Assembly (NCBI GenBank): GCA_038087875.1
Contig: CM075989.1
Coordinates: forward strand, 3,100,001 to 3,164,000
DNA: 64,000 nucleotides
Direction: 5' to 3'
Origin: Malacoraja senta
Lineage: Eukaryota
Part shown: in pieces, positions 51,052-62,762 of the stretch
Layout of the letters: each line of letters opens with the position of its first letter
Numbering within the stretch: position 1 is the first letter of the stretch
The notes under the pieces: generated by a model
What the model saw: only the letters and a program-made list of their open reading frames with translations
What the model was told of the DNA's origin: nothing
The model's database searches: none
Made by a program: the position numbers and the translations under genes

Positions 51052-51486
51052 GAAGCTTCAACAGATAACTGCATTTTAGAATATTCTTATTGAAAATAGA
51101 TGAAGATATAATCTCGACAAGGAGAGTCGTTCTGGACTAATGGGGTGAACTGTTGCAAACCAATTACAATCATAGGATTGTACATCAGAGGAAGAGTCCA
51201 TTTGGCCCATCAAACCTGTGTTCACTCTCTCCAAATCATCCCCTCCTCTTCCCCATCTTTAATAAAAACAGAATTATACTCGTATATTTTGTCACCTGTG
51301 GATGGTCAGGTAGAACCTGTGGGAAGAGAAGGGTGGTAGCATTCTAGTTGAAGCCTCTTCTGTTCTTCCTCAGAGTTGTAGAAACATTGATTTAACAGGT
51401 AGCTACAATCAGCAGAGAGGGAGACTAGATGGAGAGGACAGAGGGAATGTCTTTGATAAGAGAAGGCCAATGTGGCAAAGGGGGTG

Positions 51487-51783
51487 TTTAGTTGAGTTTA
51501 GTTTAGAGATATAGCGCAGAAACTGGCCCACGGAGCATGCACTGATCAGCGATCCCCGCACACCAACACTATCCTGCACACACTAAGGACAATTTAAAAT
51601 GTTGCCAAAGCCAATTAACTTAGAAACCTGCACGTCTTTGGAGTGTGGGAGGAAACCGGAGCACCCGGAGAAAACCACGGGGAGAATGTACCAACTCCGT
51701 ATACACAGCACCCGTAGTCAGGATCGAACCCGGGTCTCTCGCACTGTAAGGCAGCAACTCTACCGCTGCTCCACCGTGCCACC
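51487..51783 (-). mobile_element. HE1-like V-SINE
   Basis: Consensus match in reverse. Confidence 0.85.
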
Positions 51784-51849
51784 TGTAGATAGTCAGCTGG
51801 TCTAATGGGTTGTGAAGTTGGGGGCAGGGAAGGAGGAAGGAGGATGGTT

Positions 51850-52145
51850 GAGGGAGGGGGAGGGGGGAGGGGGAGGGGGAGGGAGAGGGGGGAGGGATGG
51901 GGAGGGGGGAGGGGGGAGGGGGAGAGGGAGAGGGAGAGGGAGAGGGAGAGGGAGAGGGAGAGGGAGAGGGAGAGGGAGAGGGAGAGGGAGAGGGAGAGGG
52001 AGAGGGGGAGGGGGAGGGAGGAGGGAGGAGGGAGGGGGAGGGGGAGGGGGAGGGGGAGGGGTGAGGGAGGGGGAGAGGGAGAGGGAGAGGGAGAGGGAGA
52101 GGGGGGGAGGGGGAGGGGGAGAGGGGGAGGGGAGAGGGAGGGAGG
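51850..52145. repeat. Polypurine (GGGAGA)n/(GGGGGA)n tract
   Basis: About 295 bp of almost pure G/A. Confidence 0.95.
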
Positions 52146-52299
52146 CATTCAGTCTGGGTGTGATAACAGAGTGGTTAAATGCCAATAACAGGGACGTGGG
52201 ACATACCCAGAAGATCAGATTGAACCAATGCACGGACACAAAGCAGAGCCAATAGACATATTGAGATGTACAGTTAAAAGACCATTTCAAGCCACACTG

Positions 52300-52780
52300 T
52301 TTATGAAAGAACTGCAGATGCTGGAAAAATCGAAGGTAGACAAAAATGCTGGAGGAACTCAACAGGTGAGGCAGCATCTATGGAGAGAAGGAATAGGCGG
52401 CGTTTCGGGGCGAGATCCTTCTTCAGACTGATGTGGGGGCGGGAAATAGAAAGGAAGAGGTGGAGACAGTGGGCTGTGGGAGAGCTGGGAAGGGGAGGGG
52501 AAGGAAGGAGAAAGCAAGGGCAATCTGAAATTAGATAAGTCAATGTTCAGACCGCTGGGGTGTAAACTACCCAAGTGAAATATGAGATGCTGATCCTCCA
52601 ATTTGCGCTGGGCCTTACTCTGGCAATGGAGGAGGCCCAGGACAGAAATGTCAGAGTGGGAATGGGAGGGGGAGTTGAAGTGCTGAGCCACCGGGAGATC
52701 AGGTTGTTTAGTGCGAACTGAGCGGAGATGTCGGGCGAAGCGATCGTCGAGCCTGCGCTTGGTCTCGCTGATGTATAGAA
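52300..52780 (-). mobile_element. Penelope GIY-YIG to pLTR fragment
   Basis: LYISETKRRLDDRFARHLRSVR...VAQHFNSPSH...; hammerhead-like motif at ~52400. Confidence 0.87.
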
Positions 52781-52802
52781 CTAAGTCTTTTGGAGATTTC
52801 CC

Positions 52803-53755
52803 AGATAGACATAGACATAGACATAGAAAATAGGTGCAGGAGGAGGCCATTCGGCCCTTCGAGCTAGCACCGCCATTCATTGTGATCATGGCTGATCGTC
52901 CCCAATCAATAACCCGTAAATTCACAACTCTCTGGGTGAAAAGTTTTTTCTCACCTCAGTCTTAAATGACCCCTTTATTCTAAGACTGTGGCCCCTGGTT
53001 CTGGACTCGCCCAACATTGGGAACATTTTTCCTGCATCTAGCTTGTCCGGTCCTTTTATAATTTTATATGTTTCTATAATATCCCCCCTCATCCTTCTAA
53101 ACTCCAGTGAATACAAGTCTAGTCTTTTCAATCTTTCCTCATATGACAGTCCCGCCATCCCAGGGATCAATCTCGTGAACCTACGCTGCACTGCCTCAAT
53201 CACAAGGATGTCCTTCCTCAAATTAGGAGACCAAAACTATACACAATACTCCAGATGTGGTCTCACCAGAGCCCTATACAACTGCAGAAGAACCTCTTTA
53301 CTCCTATACTGAAATCCTCTTGTTATGAAGGCCAACATTCCATTAGCTTTCTTCACTGCCTGCTGTACCTGCACGCCAACTTTCAGTGACCGGTGTACAA
53401 GGACACCCAGGTCTCGCTGCACCCCCCCCTTACCTAACCTAACCCCATTGAGATAATAATCTGCCCCCTTGTTTTTGCCACCAAAGTGGATAACCTCACA
53501 TTTATCTATATTATACTGCATCTGCCACGCATCTGCCCACTCACTCAACCTGTCCAGGTCACCCTGCAACCTCCTAACATCCTCTTCACAGTTCACACTG
53601 CCACACAGCTTTGTGTCATCCTCAAACTTGCTAGTGTTGCTCCTAATTCCCTCTTCCAAATCATTAATATATATGGTAAACAGTTGCGGCCCCAACATCG
53701 AGCCTTGCGGCACTCCACTCGCCACTGCCTGCCATTCTGAAAAGGACCCATTCAC
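52803..53755 (-). mobile_element. CR1 LINE RT to 3' end
   Basis: ORFs 53237-53755 (SGVPQGSMLGPQLFTIYINDL) and 52922-53221. Confidence 0.92.
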
Positions 53756-53937
53756 AGGTCAAGGGCATAATTACATTGGACCCTCACCTCTTTGCGGGAT
53801 GCCAGACTTGAAGCTTTCTCCTTTTAAAGCACATGCAATTATTTTTCTAACTGTATCCAAATAAAAATAACTTGTAGGAAAGAACTGCTGATGCTTTTTT
53901 AAATCGAAGGTAGACACAAAATGCTGGAGACTGCAGA

Positions 53938-53965
53938 CTGAAGAAGGGTCTCGACCCGAAACGTC
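53938..53965 (+). ncRNA. Minimal type I hammerhead motif (consensus-perfect core) in a pLTR element at ~53873-54030
   Basis: ctgaagaagggtctcgacccgaaacgtc. Confidence 0.65.
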
Positions 53966-54374
53966 ACCCATTCCTTCTCTCCAGAGATGCTGCCTGTCCC
54001 GCTGAGTTACTCCAGCCTTTTATGCCCACACTTCGTAAAAATGTACTTGCTGTTTCAAAAAAAAGTTTCTGGTTTCGATTTTTCATCATCTACTATAACT
54101 CCACTTTCAATCCACCTTTACGTGGAGCGTGGAGACACTCCACGGAGTGTGGTGGTTTACAAAAAGTGCTGGAGTAACTCAATGACCAAGAAACATCTCT
54201 AGAGAACGTTGATAGGTAACGTTTCAGGTCGGGATTCTTCTTCAGAATCTTCATGTTCATTAGTCATGGGAGCAGAATTGTGCCATAAAGCCCATCGAGT
54301 CTACTCTGCTATTCAGTTAATATCTTTCCCTCTAAAACCCTATCTCCTGCCTTCTCCCAACCTTGACACCCTAA

Positions 54375-54613
54375 AGGGCCTGTCCCACTTGGGCGTTATT
54401 TGCACGTCATTTACGCGATATCATTTACTCGTCACGATGCACGACGCGACATCATTTACGCGTCACGCATTACGCACGCATGGCGTGCGGTGAGACGTGG
54501 TGGCGTAGGTAGTGATGCGCGGTCACGCACTGCGCTCCAGGATTTTGGGTTTCACAAAATCTTTGCGCGCCACCTGCATGACGCGCAAATGACGTCCAAG
54601 TGGGACAGGCCCT
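54375..54613. mobile_element. Harbinger-like MITE (same family as 45341-45585, opposite orientation) inside a CR1 tail
   Basis: TIR agggcctgtcccacttgg / ccaagtgggacaggccct; taa/tta flanks. Confidence 0.85.
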
Positions 54614-55814
54614 TTACCAATCAACAATCTCTCAATCTCAGTCTTAAAAATACCCAATGACTTGGCCTCCACAGCTGACTGTGGCAATGAATGCCACAGA
54701 TTCACCGACCTTTGACTAAAGAAATTCTTCCTCATCTCCTTCTTTGCAGAATGCTGCAGAATGCTTCAGGCCTCCGGAGCTGCTGCCAGACCCGCTGAGT
54801 TACTCCAGCACTTTGTGTCTTTTCCCAGTTGAGAGTGATTGACCTGTTAATTGCAAACGCCTCAATTAAAACAAGGACAAAGGACTTGTCCAGTCGACTG
54901 CCACAGCAAACTCCTATTCACATCCTTCCTCGTACCGAGAATTCATTTCAAATTGTATTCATGGTGCAGGATCCAATTATTCTGGAATAGGTCACTGTGA
55001 GATAATTAACAAAGACAGTGTTAATCCAGTGCTTTAATTAGCTTTACAATCCATTTGTCTGGACTGAAAGCTGCTGCCAATTGCTCTAAAACCATTACTA
55101 AGAGTCAAATGGATTTCTTTAAATTCTGTTGTTAAAACATTTAAGTCTATCGGAGATGAGTGCCCACAGTCAATTAAAATGTTTCAAATGTATAAATTCC
55201 ACACATTAAAAAAGGCTGCAATAGTTATTAGCAAGGGGGAACCCGGTGCAGATACTTGTCACTTTCTCAGCACCCATTATTGGGCGACTATTTGCATATC
55301 TTGGGTATGCAAGCAAAGAATTTCACTGTAACTTGTCACGACAATAAAGGATTCATACATTCATTCAATTTGAGCAATATGACGGCTGCAAGGTTGTAAT
55401 GGTGGTGAAGTCACAATGTCTTTCATTGCAGATCTGACCTGACATATTGACATATGGCCCAAACAGAACAATGAAATTCATACTTGCAACAACACCACGG
55501 AATATGTAAATATGGTAGATTATATTTCATTACATTTATATATATAGAAGAAAGATAGACACAAAAAGCTGGAGTAACTCAGCCGGTCAAACAGCATCTC
55601 TGGAGAGAAGGAATAGGTGACGTTTCAGGTCATATATATATATATGTTGTAAGATCATGTGATAGGAGCAGAATTAGGGCATTCAGCCCATCAAGTGCAC
55701 TCCGCCATTCAATCATGACTGATTTATCTCACCCTCTAACCCCTCTCTCTCTCTATATATATATATGTATAGATATCTATATATACAGTATATATATATG
55801 GGTCTCGACCCGAA

Positions 55815-58800
55815 ATGGCAATTCTGGATTTAGTGTTGTGTAATGAACCGGATTTGATAAGGAAACTCGAGGTAGTGACCATAATATGGTAAGTTATCAT
55901 CTACAATTTGAGAGGGAGAAGGGTAAATCGGAGGTGTCAGTATTACAGTTGAACAAAGGGGACTATGGGACCATGAGGGGGGAGCTGGCGAACGTTGACT
56001 GGAAAGATACCCTAGCAGGGATGACAGTGGTACAACAATGGCAGATATTTCTGGGAATAATACAGAAGGTGCAGGATCAGTTCATTCCAAAGAGGAAGAA
56101 AGATTCCAGGTAGCAATGTTACAACATTTTGAGATTTGAAAAATAAAGTCTGCAATTTATCCCATCAGATAAAGCATAAAAAGAAGTTTAATTTGACACC
56201 TAATTCACTTTCATATCTTCAGTCTTAAAGAAGTTATGGCCATTTTCATACTCGGAAATTAGCATCTTGTTCCCTATTGCTTTTCCATTGACTTAACACA
56301 AAAGCTGTGATCGAGGACAGTTAAAAGCCCATAACTTTCTTAAAAATTATGATAACTGAAAGAAATTTTCAGTTATTATAGATTGAAGCATTCTGAAACA
56401 AATATGAAACAATCTTACTTAGAAGACATGAAAGTAAAGCATATAATTAGTTAGCTACCTAATTGTAGCTAATTACAAAATTCAATTACTAGATCTAAAC
56501 ATCTATCAATTTCTTAAGAATAGATTAACATTTTTAAATAGCCTAAGTGTCCAAATAACATTCACACAATAATTCACAATATTACATAATTTTTAAATCT
56601 AATTTTCATGAATTTACAGGCCAAATGGAAGGAATTGAATGTTTAATAACTGTAAATTAATGGGCATTTAAATCATCTTGTGAGTGAGGATTTCTGGAAC
56701 GCGATCTTTTGGAACGTTCATTTGCGGTGAATTTAACCCCGTATTGGCATGAATAATTCTGCCGTTAGTTCGGGGAATAAAATCACCGTTTCGCATGAAA
56801 AAATGTGAATTAAAGGCTTCTTAAGAAGCACTTTTATACATTTAAATAAACCACTTTCGTTTACCTGTCCCGTGTGTGAAATCCGTCCCCGTTATCGGCG
56901 TTGACGCTTCAGGAGCCGCTTTTAAAATTACTCCAGCGCTGACATTGACGATTTAATAAAAATAAAAAATTCACAAAACGCCCCTAGGAACGATTTTTCA
57001 GCAAACGCTTGTACTCCAACGAAATATAATTCAGGACAAGGTAGGAGAAACCCGTGTTTTAACCCCGCCCCCCCTTAAAGGCGCCAAAATCGCGCACACG
57101 GCCAGTGGCAGAATTACAGCGCGACTGAAGGTAAGTTTTGTAACATACCTAATCCAAGGGGAGTAAGGGGCGACCGTGACTGACAAGGGAAGTCAGGGAC
57201 AGTATAAAAATAAAAGAGAAGAAGTACAACATAGCAAAGATGAGTGGGAAGCCAGAGGATTAGGTAATGTTTAAAGAGCAACAGAAGATAACTAAAAAGG
57301 CAATAAGGGGAGAAAAGATGAGGTACAAAGGTACGCTAGCCAAGAATATAAAGGAGGATAGTACAAGCTTCTTTAGGTATGTGAAGAGGAAAAAAACAGT
57401 TAAGTCCAAAGTTGGACCCTTGAAGACTGAAAAAGGAGAACTTATTATGGGGAACAAGGACATGGCAGATGAGTTGAACAGGTACTTTGGATCTGTCTTC
57501 ACTAAGGAGGACACAAACAAACTTCCTGATGTACTAGTGGCCAGAGGATCTGGGGTGACGGAGGAACTGAAGGAAATCCACATTAGGCAGGAAATGGTGT
57601 TGGGTAGACTGATGGAACTGAGGCTGAAAATCCCCAGGGCCTGATGGTCTGCATCCCAGGGTACTTAAGGAAGTGGCTCTAGAAATCGTGGACACATTGG
57701 TGATCATTTTCCAATGTTTTATAGATTCAGGATCAGTTCCCGTGGATTGGAGGGTAGCTAATGTTATCTCACTTTTTAAGAAAGGCGGGAGAGAGAAAAC
57801 AGGGAATTATAGACCAGTTAGCCTGAAGTCGGTGGTGCGGAAGTTGCTGGAGTTAATCATTAAAGATGAAATAGCGGCACATTTGGATAGCAGTAACAGG
57901 ATCGGTCCGAGTCAGCATGGATTTACGAAGTGGAAATCATGCTTGACTAATCTTCTGGAATTTTTTGAGGATGTAACTAGGAAAATTGACAAGGGAGAAC
58001 CAGTGGATGTAGTGTACCTGGACTTTCAGAAAACATTTGATAAGGTCCCACATAGGAGATTAGTTGGCAAAATTAGAGCACATGGTATTGGGGATAGGGC
58101 ACTGACATGGATAGAAAATTGGTTGGCAGACAGGAAAGAAAGAGTAGGGATTAACGGGTCCCTTTCAGAATGAGTGGCAGTGACTAATGAGGTACCATAA
58201 GGCTCAGTGCTGGGACTGGAGCTATTTACAATATACATTAATGATTTAGATGAATGGATTAAAAGTAACATTAGCAAATTTGCAGATGACACAAAGCTGG
58301 GTGGCAGTGTGCACTGTGAGGAGGATGCTATGAGAATGCATGGTGATTTGGACAAGTTGGGTGAGTGGGCAGATGCATGGCAGATGCAGTTTAATGTGGA
58401 TAAATGTGAGGTTATCCACTTTGGTAGCAAAAACAGGAAGGCAGATTATTATCTAAATGGCGTCAAGATGGGAAAAGGGGAAGTACAACAGGATCTGGGG
58501 GTCCTTGTTCATCAGTCAATGAAAGTAAGCATGCAGGTACAGCAGGCAGTGAAGAAAGCGAATGGCATGTTGGCCTTCATAACAAGAGGAGTTGATTATA
58601 AGAGCAAAGAGGTCCTTCTGCAGTTGTACAGGGCTCTAGTGAGACCACACCTAGAATATTGTGTGCAGTTTTGGTCTCCAAATTTGAGGAAGGACATTCT
58701 TGCTGTTGAAGGAGTGCAGCGTAGGTTTACAAGGTTAATTCCCAGGATGGCGGGACTGTCATATGCTGAGGGAATGGAGCGGCTGGGCTTGTACACTCTG

Positions 58801-59196
58801 GAGTTTAGAAGGATGAGAGGGAATCTCATTGAAACATATAAGGTTATTAAGGGTATGAAGACAGGAAACATGTTCCCGATGTTGGGGGGAGTCCAGAACC
58901 AGGGGTCATAGTTTAAGAATAAGGGATAAACCATTTAGAACGGAGATGAGGAAACACTTTTTCACACAGAGAGTTGTGAGTCTGTGGAATTCTCTGTCTC
59001 AGAGGGCGGTGGAGGCCGGTGGAGGCCGGTTCTCTGAATACTTTCAAGAGAGAGCTAGATAAGATCGCAGTCAGAGGATATGGGGAGAAGGCAGGAACGG
59101 GGTACTGATTGGCGATGATCAGCCATGATCACATTGAATGGCGGTGCTGGCTCGAAGGGCCGAATGGCCTACTCCTGCGCCTATTGTCTATTGTCT
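55815..59196 (+). mobile_element. Long CR1 LINE ORF2 fragment (post-endonuclease region, RT, 3' tail), disabled, with the TIR element at 56111-57151
   Basis: ORFs 55886, 57267, 57673 (YRPVSL...DFQKTFDKVPH) and 58207 (SKFADDTK...). Confidence 0.93.
56111..57151 (+). mobile_element. 1.03-kb TIR element, copy 2
   Basis: Co-linear with copy 1; degenerate TSD ttccagg/atccaag. Confidence 0.88.
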
Positions 59197-59226
59197 AATC
59201 TTCCTATCGGAAGCCACCCTTGCCTG

Positions 59227-61400
59227 CGTGGGAGTGGATGAAGTCGGTGATGGTGCTGGAGATGGTGGCCTGGTGCTCGTCAGTGGGGTCATGGTCCAGG
59301 GGTAAGTAGGAGGAGGTGTCCGAGAGTTGGCGCGTGGCCTCAGCTTTGTAGAGATCGACGCGCCAGACTACCACGGCACCTCCCTTGTCGGCGGGTTTGA
59401 TAACCCAATCTAGGTTGTTGCGGAGTGAGTCGATGGCAGTGCGTTCAGGGGGGGAGAGATTGGAGTGAGACAGGGGAGTGGAGAAGTTGAGGCGATTGAT
59501 GTCACGGCGGCAGTTTTGAATAAGGAGTTCTAAAGCCGGAAGGCTACGAGGGGGGATCCATGAGGATGGGGTGCGTTGGAGACGGGAAAATGGGTCATCA
59601 GTGGGTAGCGAGGACTCCTTCCCATGGAAGTGAGCTGTGAGGCGGAGGCGACGGTAGAAGCGTTCCAAGTCATGGAGGGCACGGAACTCATTGATATGGG
59701 GACGGAGGGGGACAAAGGTAAGACCTCTGCTGAGGACAGACCGTTCGATGTCGGAGAGGGGGAGGTCAGGGGGGATGGTGAACACCCGGCAGGGATGGGG
59801 GTTGGGGCCGGAGGAAGGCAGGTGGGTGTAATGGGGACGAGGCGATGTGTGGTGGGGGGGTGGTGGGTGGTCAGCGGGTGGGGTGGTGAGAGGGCTGTAG
59901 TGTGGGTGGGGAAGAGAAGTGGTCCCATAGTTGGAGAGGGATGGGGAAGAATCAGTGGAACTAACACTGAGATAACCAGGGCTAGGCAGACTAGCGCTAG
60001 GACCCAGTGGATTCAAACCCCGGAGAGTGGGAGTGAACAGCGTGGAGGCCTCAGGCCCAGTACACAGACCAGTCTGCAGGTGAGGCGACGGCTGCGGGCT
60101 GCTGGAGGGAGGTGTAATGGCGAGGGTCGACGGACCCGACGGTAGGAGTCTTCGGGCAGTGGAGTCAGGGTCGGGGGGGGGCTGGGGGGCGTTGCAGTGG
60201 CGAGGGCCGGCGGACCCGATGGTAGGAGTCTTCGGGCAGTGGAGTCAGGGTCGGGGGGGCTAGGGGGCGTTGCAATGGCGAGGGCCGGCGGACCCGATGG
60301 TCGGGGTTCTCGGGCAGTGGAGTCGGTGGGGCTGGAGGGCGTTGCGTGGGAGGTCCCGGTAGGCGGATGGTCGGTGGGGCGGCGCGGTTCGACCAGCCCA
60401 GTGAGGCGACGGGGTGAGTAGGGTGCGGGGAGCCCCGGTCCGGCGGTCGTGTAGAGTAGGCCCGGTCCGGCGGCGATGCTGGATGGGCCCGGTCCGGCGC
60501 CGATGTTGGGAGGACCGGGTGCGGCTGTGATGTTCGGCGGGCCCAGTGCGACGGCGATGTCGGATGGGCCCGGTGCGGCGATGATGTTAGGAGGTCCCGG
60601 GGGGCGGCGAGGGGAAGGAAGTCTGAGTTACCGTAGAAGCGGCGAGGCTGGGCGTCATCGGTAGGCAGGTGAAGGTCGGCGGCAGCATCGACGTGGAGGT
60701 CGGTGAAGGCGGTGTCCTGGTGAGTACTGGAGGCGCTCCCCGTGGACAAGATGGCGTCCTGGTGAGTACTGGAGGCGCTCCCCGTGGACAAGATGGCGTC
60801 GCGGGACCGGGGCAGGCGATGGGGGCCGGAGTAGGGGCCCGGAGCCTGCGGGCGGTCGAGCCGCGGAGAGTCGGCGGCGGGAGCGGCCTGGAGGCGGGCT
60901 AATTTAAGGTCCTTGGTGGAGTTGAGGTGGGCCAGGAATCTTTTATTGAAGAGGTGGATCTTCCGGCGGATAAAGTATAGTTGAGGACCGTTGCAGGTCT
61001 GGGTGAGTGAGGCCCGAAGTTCCGGGAGGGTCAATGCGAGGTCCTGCTGGTGCCGGCGCATCGCAGTCAGAGTGGATCTCAGAGCCCGGGTGGAGAATTG
61101 TTGGGTATGCCGGTAGATAGCAAGTCGGTACCGATAGTCCGGCTGAGGTCCGAACTGTGAAGTAGGGAACTGGAGCTGGAAGCCATGAGGTATGAGATGG
61201 AGGCGCAGGCATGCCCCGAGGAAGCAGATGTGGCTATGGTATCGAGTTTGGGTAAGGATGTGGTCGTAGAGTTGGAGGGCAGGGGGGATCACAGAGATGG
61301 GGCAGTTAGAGAGTTGGTTGTGGAACAGTCTCCGGAGAGAGGAGGAGAACTTCTTCAAAGTAGGCATACCTTGACGAGATTTCGCAGTGGAGTAGACAAA
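59227..61400 (-). mobile_element. 5' half of a Penelope-like element ORF (N-terminal domain, Pro-rich tandem repeats, start of RT), truncated
   Basis: ATG at 61367 (MPTLKKF...); ORF 59204-60016: LSDIERSVLSRGLTFVP...FYRRLRL...NLSPPERTAIDSLRNN...IKPADKGGAVVVW...LSDTSSY. Confidence 0.88.
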
Positions 61401-61659
61401 GATTTCGCAGTGGAGCAGACAGCACCCGTAGTCAGGATTGAACCCGGGACTCTGGCACTGCAAGGCAGCAATTCTACCGCTGCGCCACCTTGCCGCCCAC
61501 TAATACAAAGTTAACATTAATTTGAGTGGATTTGAATCTAAAAGCAAGCATGTAATGCTGAGACTACATAAGATGCTAGTGAGGCCACATTTGGAATATG
61601 ATGAACAGTTTTGGGCCCCATATCTGAGGAAAGATGTCCTGGCGTTGGAGAGGTTGGAG

Positions 61660-61980
61660 GAAACCTTTTTTTATCTCCTTCCTCGACGGAGATGCGACTT
61701 TTCAGTATCGCATCTCCGTCCGCGCTGCGGCCTAACATCGTGGAACTGGCGATCCCTTGGTTAGGGACCGACTTCGGGAGCTTCACCATGGGTGCCTGCT
61801 GACTTAACATCGTGGAGCCCGCGGTCCCTTGGTTAGGGACCGACTTCGGGAGCTTCACCACGGGTGCCTGCTGACTTAACATCGTGGAGCTCGCGGTCCC
61901 TTGGTTAGGGACCGACTTCGGGAGCTCCAACCGCAGGAGCTTCGACCGCCCCGACGCGGGAGCTTCGATCACCGGCTGCG
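61660..61980 (+). repeat. GC-rich element with a 72-bp tandem repeat (about 2.7 units) and hairpins
   Basis: Units start at 61734, 61806 and 61878; each contains ggtccct-tggtt-agggacc (gatccct in unit 1); 13-bp stem at 61685-61720. Confidence 0.8.
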
Positions 61981-62700
61981 TGAGATGAGAGCGTGGCCTG
62001 GGCTGTGTGGGTCTTTGATGATATTAGCTGCCTCCTTGAGGAAGTGGTTCCTGTCGATCCATTTGATGGTGGGGTGGTCAGTACCAGTGATGGACTGGGC
62101 AGTGCCCACCACTTTCTGTGACCGCTTTCATTCCTGGGCGTTCAAGTTACCAATCCATGTCGTGATGCAACCAGTCAATATGCTCTCTACCGTACACCTG
62201 TACAAGTTTGATAAAGTATTCATGACATGCCGGATCTTCATAGAAACATAGAAACATAGAAACATAGAAAATAGGTGCAGGAGTAGGCCATTTTTTTCTC
62301 ATCTCGGTCCTAAAAGACTTCCCCCTTATCCTCAAACTGTGACCCCTTGTTCTGGACTTCCCCAACATCGGGAACAATCTTCCTGCATCTAGCCTGTCCA
62401 ACCCCTTCAGAGCTACATTGGACTATAGAGATAGAGCTCGGAAACAGGCCCTTCGGCTCACCGAGTCCGCGACAACCAGCGATCACCCTATACACTAGCA
62501 CTATCCTACACACCAGGGAGGATTTACCGAAGCCAATGAACCTACAAACCTGCACGTCTTTGGAGCGTGGGAGGGAACCGGAGCACCCGGAGAAAACCCA
62601 CGTGGTCACAGGAAGAAGGTAAAAACTCCATACAGACAGAACCCTTAGGCAGGATCAAACCTGGGTCTCTGGCGCAGCAAGGCAGCAACTCTACAGCCTT
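61981..62700 (-). mobile_element. Cluster of Rex1 fragment (61981-62238), CR1 3' end (62239-62405) and V-SINE (62425-62700)
   Basis: Each matches other copies in the window. Confidence 0.78.
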
Positions 62701-62762
62701 GGTGAACTTTCTCTGTGACTGCTTCAATGTGCTGGCCACAGAGCAGATCTCTGGGCTCTGCT

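Noticed and set aside
51615..52377. Pro-rich, RG-rich and ER-rich ORFs
   Set aside because: They are translations of the (GGGAGA)n tract
61734..61930. CRISPR-like array of palindromic repeats
   Set aside because: The spacers are themselves repeated, there are no cas genes, and the context is eukaryotic
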